DNA of 64,000 nt. Source: a virus. A model generated the notes under the pieces. The model saw only the letters and a list, made by a program, of their open reading frames with translations, ran no database searches and was not told the origin of the DNA. The position numbers and the translations under genes are program-made. This document shows positions 28,594 to 37,096 of the stretch, in pieces. The stretch's first letter is position 1; every line of letters begins with the position of its first letter. The stretch lies in IMG/VR virus record IMGVR_UViG_3300045988_135485; one strand, 5' to 3'.

Positions 28594-28901
28594 TCTTTTT
28601 CGCTTTCGGAATCAGAATCGCTTTCGTCTTCCTCGTCCTCGTCATCTTCGTCCTCGTCCTCATCATCTTCACAATCACAATCGCAATCATTTATACCAAC
28701 CAAGTCAAAGCACCACTCCCAGTCAAACCATAGGAGGTCGTTCATAGTTACTTCCGGGATTCCGTCAGGATAAAGTTCCCGAATCTGGGCCGAGAACGCG
28801 TCCGCTTTCCCGGCATCGACTATTTTCTCTTTTGTATTTATGGCTGTTTCACCCCATGGTTCAAATTCTTCTAAGTCAAAATCTTTACAAATCATATACA
28901 T
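28590..28901 (-). CDS. protein with extremely acidic C-terminal tail (DCDCDCEDDEDEDEDDEDEEDESDSDSESEKD)
   Basis: 103 aa ORF with a 20-bp palindrome 50 bp upstream. Confidence 0.5.
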   Translation of the reverse strand: MYMICKDFDLEEFEPWGETAINTKEKIVDAGKADAFSAQIRELYPDGIPEVTMNDLLWFDWEWCFDLVGINDCDCDCEDDEDEDEDDEDEEDESDSDSESEKD

Positions 28902-28950
28902 TTTTATGTTCCTTTCAATTTCTGTTCAATTTTCCTATTCTTCTTTCAAT

Positions 28951-28970
28951 TTGTTCCAACGTTGGAACAA
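28951..28970. promoter_or_regulatory. 20-bp perfect palindrome TTGTTCCAACGTTGGAACAA (operator-like)
   Basis: Read directly; about 50 bp upstream of the gene starting at 28901. Confidence 0.6.
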
Positions 28971-28987
28971 CTTGGGTAATTTTATGG

Positions 28988-29653
28988 TTAAATCATTTTT
29001 ATAAACTTTTTCGCCTCTTCAACTGAAAAAGCTTTGCAAAAATCATCCGGGAAATTGTTATACATTGCTTCAAAAGCTTTATCAAAGTCGCTATCAATAA
29101 AGCCGCTTAAATTATCCTCCTCTTCATCATTTCTAAAAAGATGATACTCCCAACATTCGCAGTTGGCCCAATCAGAATACTGTTTAACTTCCGTCTTTAC
29201 CCAATAATCGATTTTTTTCTTAAATTTGACAGAAATCCGATGCTTTTTAAATTCCCGGTAAATATGTGCCTTTTTTACTAAATAGAAACCTATACATCCG
29301 CAATCCCAGCCAGTTGATTTTCCAATAAACATATTCCATCCGCTGTGGTCGTAGACAGATACAGGATAAACAATAAAACCCATTTCCTCTAAACGTTTTT
29401 TGTCTGTCTGGTAATTACCAGATGACCAATCGGAAAAGTCGCCTGTTTCTGTAAGTTCATTCTCAACGTACTCACAAGAATTTTTTACAAAAAACTTACC
29501 AATAAGGCAATCACAATCGTTGCGAGGATTGTCGCAGAACCGGTCTCTGGTTATTTCAATTCTCCAGTTCTCTAATTTAGGGTCAATAACTCCCGGCAAT
29601 TCATACTGAATCTCGTTCTGGATTACGTTCTGAATCTCGTTTGCATTAATCAT
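28988..29653 (-). CDS. hypothetical Cys-rich protein
   Basis: True start MINANEIQ preceded by AGGAAAGGA. The track ORF extends through the palindrome using a TTG start. Confidence 0.45.
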   Translation of the reverse strand: MINANEIQNVIQNEIQYELPGVIDPKLENWRIEITRDRFCDNPRNDCDCLIGKFFVKNSCEYVENELTETGDFSDWSSGNYQTDKKRLEEMGFIVYPVSVYDHSGWNMFIGKSTGWDCGCIGFYLVKKAHIYREFKKHRISVKFKKKIDYWVKTEVKQYSDWANCECWEYHLFRNDEEEDNLSGFIDSDFDKAFEAMYNNFPDDFCKAFSVEEAKKFIKMI

Positions 29654-29701
29654 AACTTGTTCCTTTCCTAAAACAAATTCAAGTTGTTCAAGTGGTTTAA
29701 G

Positions 29702-29721
29702 TTGTTCCAACGTTGGAACAT
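29702..29721. promoter_or_regulatory. palindrome copy (18-bp perfect TGTTCCAACGTTGGAACA)
   Basis: About 50 bp upstream of the start at 29653. Confidence 0.6.
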
Positions 29722-29802
29722 TTACATTCTTCTAGAATGTTAATAATTTAGTTTTGTCTAAATAAGATGAAAAAATATTTTTGTGCTGTATTTGTCTAAA
29801 AA

Positions 29803-29994
29803 TTAACCTACTTTTGAGTATGTAAAAATAGGTCGAAATTTACATACAAATTGGTATATATAATAATTTGTTGCTGTCTTCCTAAATTGTGTATTTGTGT
29901 ATTTTCGGAAATGTATCCAAAAATACATCTGAAGATACGCAACCAATAAGCCAACTATTAAACCAGTCAATAAAATGGTTATTAAACCAGTCAT
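29803..29994 (-). CDS. small N-terminal-TM protein
   Basis: 63 aa ORF. Confidence 0.3.
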   Translation of the reverse strand: MTGLITILLTGLIVGLLVAYLQMYFWIHFRKYTNTQFRKTATNYYIYQFVCKFRPIFTYSKVG

Positions 29995-30008
29995 TAAACC
30001 CCACTTTT

Positions 30009-30215
30009 TTAGGCAGTGGTTGCATACACTGTCCTCTCTGGTACCCCCCTACCTGAAAGTAGGCTCATATTACTCACAGCTAAAATTTTGAAGATTTTAC
30101 CATCTTGAGAAAAGACACAGAGGCGGGGGCGTTTCTCAAAAAGGTCAAATTCGAGTTTTACAACCATGTTTTGTTTGGCATATTTCACGATTAAGTCGGA
30201 TAAGTTCTTTACCAT
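30009..30215 (-). CDS. hypothetical small protein
   Basis: 68 aa with AAAGGAAACAA upstream. Palindrome and 14-bp direct repeats lie 25-85 bp upstream. Confidence 0.4.
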   Translation of the reverse strand: MVKNLSDLIVKYAKQNMVVKLEFDLFEKRPRLCVFSQDGKIFKILAVSNMSLLSGRGVPERTVYATTA

Positions 30216-30273
30216 CGTTTGTTTCCTTTCAGTTGTGTTACCATGGTTTGTTTACCATGGTTTGTTTGCTAGG

Positions 30274-30293
30274 TTGTTCCAACGTTGGAACAA
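30274..30293. promoter_or_regulatory. palindrome copy (20-bp perfect)
   Basis: About 60 bp upstream of the start at 30215. Confidence 0.6.
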
Positions 30294-30341
30294 TCTTAAA
30301 ATGAACGCGGAATCTTTTCCCAAAATTCTCCCCAAATTGAT

Positions 30342-30410
30342 TCCGGATTTTGTTTCCAAATCTCGTCCGGAATCTGGTCCGGATTCTGGTCGGAATTGTC
30401 GCCGGAAAAA
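30342..30410 (+). repeat. iteron-like direct repeats TCCGGA(A/T)T(C/T)TGG (about 4 copies, 12-bp period)
   Basis: Read directly; related CCGGATTCCTG repeats at 31226-31254 and 18-bp repeats at 31456-31510. Confidence 0.6.
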
Positions 30411-31040
30411 GTACTCAGTTTTATTCCCTCCCTAGACAAAGAGACGGAATTTTGAAAAAAAGGTATTATTCTACCTTTTTTGGACAGAAAAATGAAAAAA
30501 ACTAGAACCAAGATAGAACAATTATTTCACCATCTTTGACCAAGTTGTTGTTTTTACTCTTTTGTCTAGTTTTTTTTTGAGTTGACAGACTATTTTAAAT
30601 TGTCTCTATATAGAATTTTTTTATAAATACCCCATAGGGTATATTTATCTTATTTTTTTTCCGTGAATCTTAAAAAAAAAAAAAAATCTATTTTAGACAA
30701 AATATATAAAAACAATGGGTTAGATGTAAACTACTCCAGTGGTGTTCTAATAATGTTCAAGTGGTTAAAAAAAAGCGGGTCCTTATTTTATTGTATAAGT
30801 TTCATTTGTCTAATTTGTCAGATGTTTTTTCTTGGTTTTTCAATGGCTTATTTTATTTTCTCCTTATATAGTAAAAATGATACGTTTCAGTCTAAAAAGT
30901 GGTTCTTTGTCTAGACTGTGAAAGTGCTTGAAACGGGGAACGCCTTTGTCTATCTGGCATAGACGGGGTGTGGACGAAATTCCGCCCTTTCTTCTGTCAA
31001 GAAAATGTCTAACAGTCTAAAATCGACAAAATCTGTCAAT

Positions 31041-31057
31041 TTTCCAACGTTGGAACA
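31041..31057. promoter_or_regulatory. palindrome copy (TTCCAACGTTGGAA, 14-bp core)
   Basis: Read directly. Confidence 0.55.
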
Positions 31058-31069
31058 CGGAGTCAATTT

Positions 31070-31087
31070 TGTTCCAACGTTGGAACT
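31070..31087. promoter_or_regulatory. palindrome copy (GTTCCAACGTTGGAAC, 16-bp)
   Basis: Read directly; 29 bp from the previous copy. Confidence 0.6.
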
Positions 31088-31204
31088 TTTTCGGAATCCC
31101 TTAATATGATTCCAAAACTTTTTCGCGCGCCATCTTAAGCGGCCATTTAATATATAAATTAAAGAAAAATAAAGAAAAGATATAAAGAGAATCCCGCCCG
31201 GGAC

Positions 31205-31224
31205 TTGTTCCAACGTTGGAACAA
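31205..31224. promoter_or_regulatory. palindrome copy (20-bp perfect)
   Basis: Read directly; just downstream of the 266-aa gene. Confidence 0.6.
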
Positions 31225-31255
31225 ATCCCGGATTCCTGCCCGGATTCCTGCCCGG

Positions 31256-32056
31256 TTAGGCGGCCAACTTTTCGGTTGTTTGTATTTTCTGGTATGCCTG
31301 TGTTATCACTTCCACAACGTCGCCCGCCATCGTAACCGCCTCGCCATAACCGTAAATCTTAACAACGTTATCAAACGCGGTTATAAATTCGCTGGCTGCT
31401 TGCATCAATACGACTTCCGGCGGAAGTTGTACCGATTCCGGGCTGTTTTCCGTTCCCGTTTCTGAATCTGATTCCGGGTTAGATTCTGATTCCGGGTTAG
31501 ATTCTGATTCGTCGCTTGTGCTCGGCTTCGGCTGTTTTTCTGGCTTAAGAGCGTCATACAAACCGCGCAAACTTTCATAGTTTGCAAAAATACTGCCCGT
31601 TATTTCTGCAATAGCCGCGGCGGGCGTGCCTATTATGTTAGACTCTTTAATAATATCGCGGTTTAATTCGATTAATTTTAATGCCGCTTTAATTTTAGCG
31701 TAGATGGATGATTTTTGCGGGTGTGTCCGAATATCCGCGTTTATTTTAAATAAGTGTAAAATTATGTGCTTTCTGAATCCTTTTTCATCCATCTTTTTAT
31801 TAAAAGTCGAGTAATATAAACGGGCTTTAAAGATTGACTTTACAACGGCGAGTCCAGCTAATCCGGCTTTGTTTTCCGCGTTTGTTTCTCTTAAATAGGC
31901 ATTGTAACCCTCTTTTAAATAAGATAAAACTACTTCTTTCGGCTCGCCTGTAAAGTCATTTGACAAACGAACGTTGCGGGCGTTATTCTCATTTAACGGC
32001 TTATAGTCTGGCTTGTGCAGAGGTTGGGATGACTGGTTAATATGTTTAATAGACAT
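31256..32056 (-). CDS. hypothetical two-domain protein with acidic SESNPE-repeat linker (candidate origin-binding initiator or regulator)
   Basis: 266 aa. The linker-coding DNA (31456-31510) is itself an iteron-like 18-bp tandem array. The gene is flanked by palindromes and repeat arrays. Confidence 0.5.
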   Translation of the reverse strand: MSIKHINQSSQPLHKPDYKPLNENNARNVRLSNDFTGEPKEVVLSYLKEGYNAYLRETNAENKAGLAGLAVVKSIFKARLYYSTFNKKMDEKGFRKHIILHLFKINADIRTHPQKSSIYAKIKAALKLIELNRDIIKESNIIGTPAAAIAEITGSIFANYESLRGLYDALKPEKQPKPSTSDESESNPESESNPESDSETGTENSPESVQLPPEVVLMQAASEFITAFDNVVKIYGYGEAVTMAGDVVEVITQAYQKIQTTEKLAA

Positions 32057-32221
32057 GATTTTGACTCCTGTATATAAAATGTTAATAAATGTTAATAGCT
32101 GTTATTTTCTTAATGATTCCACAAGCCCGCAAATAGCGGTGTATATGGTTATAAATAATATTGTGTAAATAGCTAGTGTAAACATTGATGACTCCTTTTA
32201 GTTGGCTTATATGTTTATTTA

Positions 32222-32241
32222 ATGTTCTAACGTTAGAACAT
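32222..32241. promoter_or_regulatory. symmetric variant palindrome ATGTTCTAACGTTAGAACAT
   Basis: Both half-sites carry the same C-to-T change, so dyad symmetry is kept. About 165 bp upstream of the 266-aa gene. Confidence 0.55.
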
Positions 32242-32275
32242 CTTTGATTTAGGCAATATTCAGATATTACCGATA

Positions 32276-32299
32276 CGCGGGGGCGGCAACCCCCGCGCG
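32276..32299. other. GC-rich hairpin CGCGGGGG-cggcaa-CCCCCGCG (no T-tract)
   Basis: 8-bp GC stem in an otherwise AT-rich region. Confidence 0.5.
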
Positions 32300-32638
32300 G
32301 TTTGCATAAAATTTACTTATTCACAATGTGCTATAACTACCAGCCGCCCGGCTGATGACTGTTATATATAAGCTAATTAGTTACTTGTCAACTACTTTTT
32401 TGCACTTTTTTTAAAAAAAGTACACTTTTTTTAGTAAGTCATTGTTTTTGCGTGATTCTTTTTTTATGTTAAGTTTATTATAAGGTATACACACGGGCAC
32501 GTGCTATACATGCAAACGTAACCTTTACATATAGGCCGGGTGATAGGGGTGTAGGCTTTTTATATGGGAGAATAAAAAGGTGGCGGAGAACAGGCCCCGA
32601 TTCTGACCCCCCGCCCAAAACCATTTCCACCTAACACA

Positions 32639-32712
32639 ACCTACCAACTTACCTACCAACTTACCTACCAACTTACCTACCAACTTGCCTACCAACTTGC
32701 CTATCACCTGAC
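32639..32712 (+). repeat. tandem 12-bp iterons (A/G)CCTACCAACTT x about 6
   Basis: Read directly. Followed by TTCGCGGTC-type repeats (32720-32780) and CGACCAGAA repeats (32848-32900). Confidence 0.65.
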
Positions 32713-32919
32713 AGGACCGCGAACGCGAGCGCAGTCACTTTCGTGTTCGCGGTCGCATTCGCGGTCACGTTCGTTTTCATTTTTGAGGTTCTCAGCAAGG
32801 GGAACGACCACGAACACGAACGCAAAAGCCGACATAAACTTGACAAGAATCTTAACCAGAACTAGAATCTTAACAGTCGACCAGAATAATCGACCAGAAC
32901 AGGGAGGGAGAAACAACAA

Positions 32920-33402
32920 ATGGATTCAATGATAGCAGGCAACAGCCAAAATCAAAATGCACAAAATCTTAAACATAACTTCAAACAGATAACCTATACC
33001 AAAAACTCAACTAAACAGAAAGAGGAGCGTGCCTTCTTCAAGAATCGTGTTAAGAAAGCATTTCTTCACTGGTTATATTACAAGGGGCTCATTCCGTGGA
33101 AAGAGCTCCCTTCTTTTTTAGATGTTCACCACAAGCATCCGCTAGGCGGTGGCGGCAGCAATGAATTTACCAACTTGGTAATAATGGTCAGGCGAGACCA
33201 TGAGAAAATGAACAGGGAAATAATAGAGCCGCAGTTGCGTGGCATTCGGGAGGGTGAAACCAGAGAAATAACGGTTCCTTGGTGGAACTCTGAGAAGGGA
33301 GAATTTATTGATTGGGAAGGCATATACCGGTATTTGGAAGAGCTCGAACGCTCTCGACGTATGCGTTCCTCCGATCGCGCATGCGGTCGCGGAGGTAGAT
33401 GA
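32920..33402 (+). CDS. HNH endonuclease
   Basis: 160 aa with DVHHKHPLGGGGSNEFTNLVIMVRRDH core (H-N-H). Confidence 0.65.
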   Translation: MDSMIAGNSQNQNAQNLKHNFKQITYTKNSTKQKEERAFFKNRVKKAFLHWLYYKGLIPWKELPSFLDVHHKHPLGGGGSNEFTNLVIMVRRDHEKMNREIIEPQLRGIREGETREITVPWWNSEKGEFIDWEGIYRYLEELERSRRMRSSDRACGRGGR

Positions 33403-33565
33403 CGGTTGCATACACGAACATATATATGATTGTGTATGCGACCATATATGCAAAAAATTTGCACATATTAGCGGGAAAAGAGGTCATTCAATACACTTTT
33501 TGCAAATAAATGCTAAAAAAGAGGCTTTTTTGCGGTTTTTAGCATTTATTTGCAAAAAAGTGTAA

Positions 33566-33611
33566 GAAAAAGGCCATTCTGTGTGAAAAAATCACACAGA
33601 ACGGCCTTTTT
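33566..33611. terminator. bidirectional rho-independent terminator
   Basis: Stem GGCCATTCTGTGTGA/TCACACAGAACGGCC flanked by an A-run and a T-run. Preceded by a roughly 20-bp-arm palindrome at 33500-33555. Confidence 0.55.
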
Positions 33612-33659
33612 TAGCTTAAATTGGTTGATTTTGACCAATTTTGGTTCATCTCGGCGTAT

Positions 33660-33989
33660 TTATGAAAAGATTCCTCTATCTCGATACTTTTTTACCTGTT
33701 TCCGGTCCTGAATCTCGGCTCGTTTGCGTAGCCTTTTGGCTTTTTTATAGACCTCTCCGGTTACTTTCTTGCCTTCAAGAACGTATATGACAGCCTCCTT
33801 TTCCACAACCTCCTTTTCCTCAACCGATTCTACAGGTCGCTCTGCAAGCGGGCACCCGTCGTCTTGTCCATTGTGAGTCCATTCACCATCAAGCCATCGA
33901 CTTGAAAGCCCATAAAGTTGCCTAATTCGGTCAGCCTCCGTAAGAAGCCTCTCAACCCCACAGGCCTTGCACGGATAGTCGCACAGCAA
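33660..33989 (-). CDS. hypothetical protein (overlaps primase 3' end in another frame; doubtful)
   Basis: 109 aa ORF with a 160-nt overlap. Confidence 0.25.
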   Translation of the reverse strand: MLCDYPCKACGVERLLTEADRIRQLYGLSSRWLDGEWTHNGQDDGCPLAERPVESVEEKEVVEKEAVIYVLEGKKVTGEVYKKAKRLRKRAEIQDRKQVKKYRDRGIFS

Positions 33990-36340
33990 AAGCTCGTGTA
34001 TTTTTCGTACAGAGAATTTACCAATACTGAGCCGCTCCCGGTTTCCGTCCTCCTCGGTCCCTCCTCCGAGGTCAGGTAGAAAAAAACTGAGTCATTCTCA
34101 CTGGCCATCTCCCTGATTATCTGTTGATGGCTGCTTGGTAAAGTAAAATCTCTTTGCTCTACCAATTCTCTAACGCAGGAGATAACCCATGCGGCAATGC
34201 CCTCTCTCTCCTCAGCGACTATTGTTTCACCAATGTTGCGGACTTTATCCTTCTTTTTAACCGCATGGTTGAACGTAAGAATGAGCCATCGTCTATTGAA
34301 TCCTTCCGATACGTCCTTTGTCTTTGGCAGGTAGTTACTGGCAAACCAATGCGTCGCCATCGGCGTAAAGGAAAATATCGGTCTTCCTTTGTACTGGCCA
34401 TCTAAGGTACTTCCGTCAATAATCGATTTAAAACTTGCTCCCGGAATCGGTTGCGATTCGTTTAACTCGCCACAAATGTTTAAAAGGGATTTGGATAATT
34501 CCGTTACTTCGAATTTATCTTCAAACTTGTAGGGAGTTACATATGAAATAACCTCCTTGGGTAGTAAGTGTTTAACTATTTCCAATAATTGAGATTTACC
34601 CGAGCCCGCAATACCATAGAGAAGAATGGCTCTGGCAAATGAGGGCCCCATTCCGAAGAAGGTTGCACACATCGCTTCCTGAAGAGCTCTCTTTCTCGCT
34701 TCAAAATCCAGTTCCATACCCCAAATTGATTCCAGAAACTTATCAAATCTAGGATGATGGTCAACAAGCTCAGGTACATATCTGAAGGGCAGCGTATAGG
34801 TACATCCGAAGGAAGGGTCGTGAGGAAAGGTCATTCCGTCACTGCTTACGAAACAGTTTGCAAAATTGACACCCTGTATTTTTCTACTATTCAGGTCAGT
34901 TTGAGGAACAATTGACTTTAATACTTTCAAAACCCCGGCATGATCGTGAGCCTTTCTTGCAGCAGGAAGATTCCCGTAATTGTTAGCTACTAAACAAAGT
35001 ATTTCCTGTTCAGACAATACTTCCCAGTTGGAGCCCTTATACTGCCAGAATTTATCATTCCAGAAGTGAACTTCTCCTATTCTCTTCAGGTCTTCCAGCA
35101 CGGCTCTGGCTATTTCCGTGTGGTCAATTCCCTCCAGTTCTCCCCGTCGCAGTTCCTGTAGACGTTTCTTTAGGCTAGGAACCTGAATAGTTTTACTGTT
35201 AGTTTGTTTTATGTAGGTGAAGACCGTATCTATTTCTAAGGACGTTAAATGCGGAGAACGACTAATTCTGCGTAGAACATATTCTATGGCCGAAATCCTT
35301 TGAATAGCCCCCTCATCTTCGTATTTTTCAAACTCGGTCTTGAGATAATCTTTCAGTTGTTCTACCGACCATTCGTTATGTTCGGCATCGAATTTAAGAC
35401 CCCAGCTTTCTTTCTGTTCCTCGGTAAGTCCGGTATCCCATCCGAGAGGAAGCGGTTTATTTTTCGGGCCTACAACATCCTGAATCAGGAACTGAATGAG
35501 GTTGCGGACACCTTTCTCGATGTCAATGTCGTCTCCGGCCACATTCTCAACACAGCAGGTTTTCCATACATACATACGGTCTATTGCTTCCAGCAGCGAT
35601 AACTCTCCTCTGGTTACTGCATTTGCATAGAAGCCTGCCATCGTGGTCATCTTTACGTCACGGCTTCCCTGAGAAACGTAATCCGTAGTTCTGGTCCAGC
35701 CTGCGTGAGACAGCGTAATTCCGTAATCTTGGAAAGCGTTCCTTAACATGGATTCGAGGTTTTCCGGAAGAGGTTTCAGATAAGGTATAACCTCTGTAAT
35801 CGGTTGATTACAAACGTACGGCTTCTGTGTTTTGGGATGTATTGACGGTGGTAGAACCACTTGGTTGCCGGAAGATAGACATTCACAAATCATGTGACCG
35901 TCTACGTCTTTAATTTTAAACGGTTTCTCTCCTTTATATTTATAAAGGAGAACTTTTCCCTTTTGTCCGACACGTTCCCAAGGAGAATATCCACAGATTT
36001 CATTGATTATATTAATAAGTGTCTTATTCTCGGTATCAATATCAATGGCAACACATCCCGACTGCGGTCCTAACGGCAATCCTATGTTACTGTCCGGGAA
36101 ATTGTTTAGCCAGTGGTCTTGTTCCTGAGGAAGCGGCATCTTGTCCTTATAAGAGGTCCAGTTTATCGGAATCGGTTCCTTGCCGCGAGGGCGTAACGGT
36201 ATTACCGGAAGCCCTTTTTGCCAAAGAAGCGGGGCATTATTCTTGAAAAGGTCCTTATTCGGGAAAAGAGTTATGTTTTGGGAGATTTTTTCTTTCTCTT
36301 CTGCTAAGTCCTTGGCTAGTTTTAAAGTATTACCTGTCAT
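33830..36340 (-). CDS. primase-helicase (prim-pol N-terminal domain, PriCT/D5_N, SF3 helicase; P4 alpha-like)
   Basis: 836 aa with Walker A GIAGSGKSQ. The domain order is typical of phage/plasmid P4-family primases. Confidence 0.8.
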   Translation of the reverse strand: MTGNTLKLAKDLAEEKEKISQNITLFPNKDLFKNNAPLLWQKGLPVIPLRPRGKEPIPINWTSYKDKMPLPQEQDHWLNNFPDSNIGLPLGPQSGCVAIDIDTENKTLINIINEICGYSPWERVGQKGKVLLYKYKGEKPFKIKDVDGHMICECLSSGNQVVLPPSIHPKTQKPYVCNQPITEVIPYLKPLPENLESMLRNAFQDYGITLSHAGWTRTTDYVSQGSRDVKMTTMAGFYANAVTRGELSLLEAIDRMYVWKTCCVENVAGDDIDIEKGVRNLIQFLIQDVVGPKNKPLPLGWDTGLTEEQKESWGLKFDAEHNEWSVEQLKDYLKTEFEKYEDEGAIQRISAIEYVLRRISRSPHLTSLEIDTVFTYIKQTNSKTIQVPSLKKRLQELRRGELEGIDHTEIARAVLEDLKRIGEVHFWNDKFWQYKGSNWEVLSEQEILCLVANNYGNLPAARKAHDHAGVLKVLKSIVPQTDLNSRKIQGVNFANCFVSSDGMTFPHDPSFGCTYTLPFRYVPELVDHHPRFDKFLESIWGMELDFEARKRALQEAMCATFFGMGPSFARAILLYGIAGSGKSQLLEIVKHLLPKEVISYVTPYKFEDKFEVTELSKSLLNICGELNESQPIPGASFKSIIDGSTLDGQYKGRPIFSFTPMATHWFASNYLPKTKDVSEGFNRRWLILTFNHAVKKKDKVRNIGETIVAEEREGIAAWVISCVRELVEQRDFTLPSSHQQIIREMASENDSVFFYLTSEEGPRRTETGSGSVLVNSLYEKYTSFCCATIRARPVGLRGFLRRLTELGNFMGFQVDGLMVNGLTMDKTTGARLQSDL

Positions 36341-36882
36341 AATCTATATTTCCCCTCTTCAATAACCTTCGTTGTACCTAACCCTGTCCCCGGTTCTGTA
36401 CCTAATTCTTCTCTACTTTCCGATTCTGCGAGTTCTCTTAAGAACATTTCTCTTTGTTCAGGAAGAACCTTTTTTAGAATCTTCAAGACTTTGGATTCAA
36501 ATTCCCGCATTTGATTCAGATTTGTTGCTCTCTCCGCCAACGTAAGCAGCTTCTCCAGCTGGGTGGTTGCCGTTCTTTGGATAGAAGCTTTGTCTTTATC
36601 GTCTATTTCGTTGGATTTAAGTAATTCTTTAGTTTGCCAGTACAGATTAATTATTTCTGTCTTCAGGTCTAAGTTTGTCATGGTAGGAAGGTCTGCCTTT
36701 GACGAACTTTCTCCGGTGTTAATACTAACCGGTGGGAAAATAAGGTTGAGAGACTTTTTGATAGGTTCTGAATATGGAGATTCGGCTACATACTTAGGGT
36801 TTTTTTTTATCTCTAATCCTATAGAATAAATCTTAAAAACGGTCTCATAATTTATATCAGGATATTTATTGTTTTGAGCCAT
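36337..36882 (-). CDS. hypothetical coiled-coil protein
   Basis: 181 aa ORF immediately upstream of the primase. Confidence 0.45.
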   Translation of the reverse strand: MAQNNKYPDINYETVFKIYSIGLEIKKNPKYVAESPYSEPIKKSLNLIFPPVSINTGESSSKADLPTMTNLDLKTEIINLYWQTKELLKSNEIDDKDKASIQRTATTQLEKLLTLAERATNLNQMREFESKVLKILKKVLPEQREMFLRELAESESREELGTEPGTGLGTTKVIEEGKYRL

Positions 36883-37096
36883 GGGTCGATTCTCCGTTTA
36901 AAATTAAAGGTTCTGAAGAAGTATGGTTTTTAAAAAGTTCTACATCTGTAAGTAGAAAATATACCTTTCCTCCTAAAGTTCTTCGGGGAACTAATGAACC
37001 CTTCTTTATATAGCGGTAAATGGTTTGGTAAGAAACACCGACCCTTTTGGCAAAGCTTTCAATGCTTATGCGTTTATCTCTATCAGTAACTTCCAT
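36866..37096 (-). CDS. HTH DNA-binding protein (excisionase/AlpA/MerR-like)
   Basis: 76 aa with FAKRVGVSYQTIYRYIKKGSL. Confidence 0.6.
   Translation of the reverse strand: MEVTDRDKRISIESFAKRVGVSYQTIYRYIKKGSLVPRRTLGGKVYFLLTDVELFKNHTSSEPLILNGESTHGSKQ

Noticed and set aside
30663-30914. Track ORF beginning in the A15 tract (poly-Lys N-terminus, hydrophobic C-terminus)
   Set aside because: It has a GTG start inside a homopolymer and no ribosome-binding site. It lies in an extremely AT-rich non-coding island, so it is most likely a chance ORF.
30950-31465. Track ORFs 30950..31213(-), 31205..31465(+) and 31405..31587(-)
   Set aside because: They run through the palindrome cluster or lie antisense inside the 266-aa gene, so they are shadow ORFs.
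32525-32919. Track ORFs MIGKLVGKLVGKLVG... and MLFLPPCSG...
   Set aside because: They are translation artefacts of the 12-bp iteron array and adjacent repeats. They lie on the wrong strand relative to neighbouring operon logic.
33126-33565. Four overlapping track ORFs around the HNH gene 3' end
   Set aside because: They are antisense or alternative frames of the HNH gene and the palindromic spacer, with no ribosome-binding sites.
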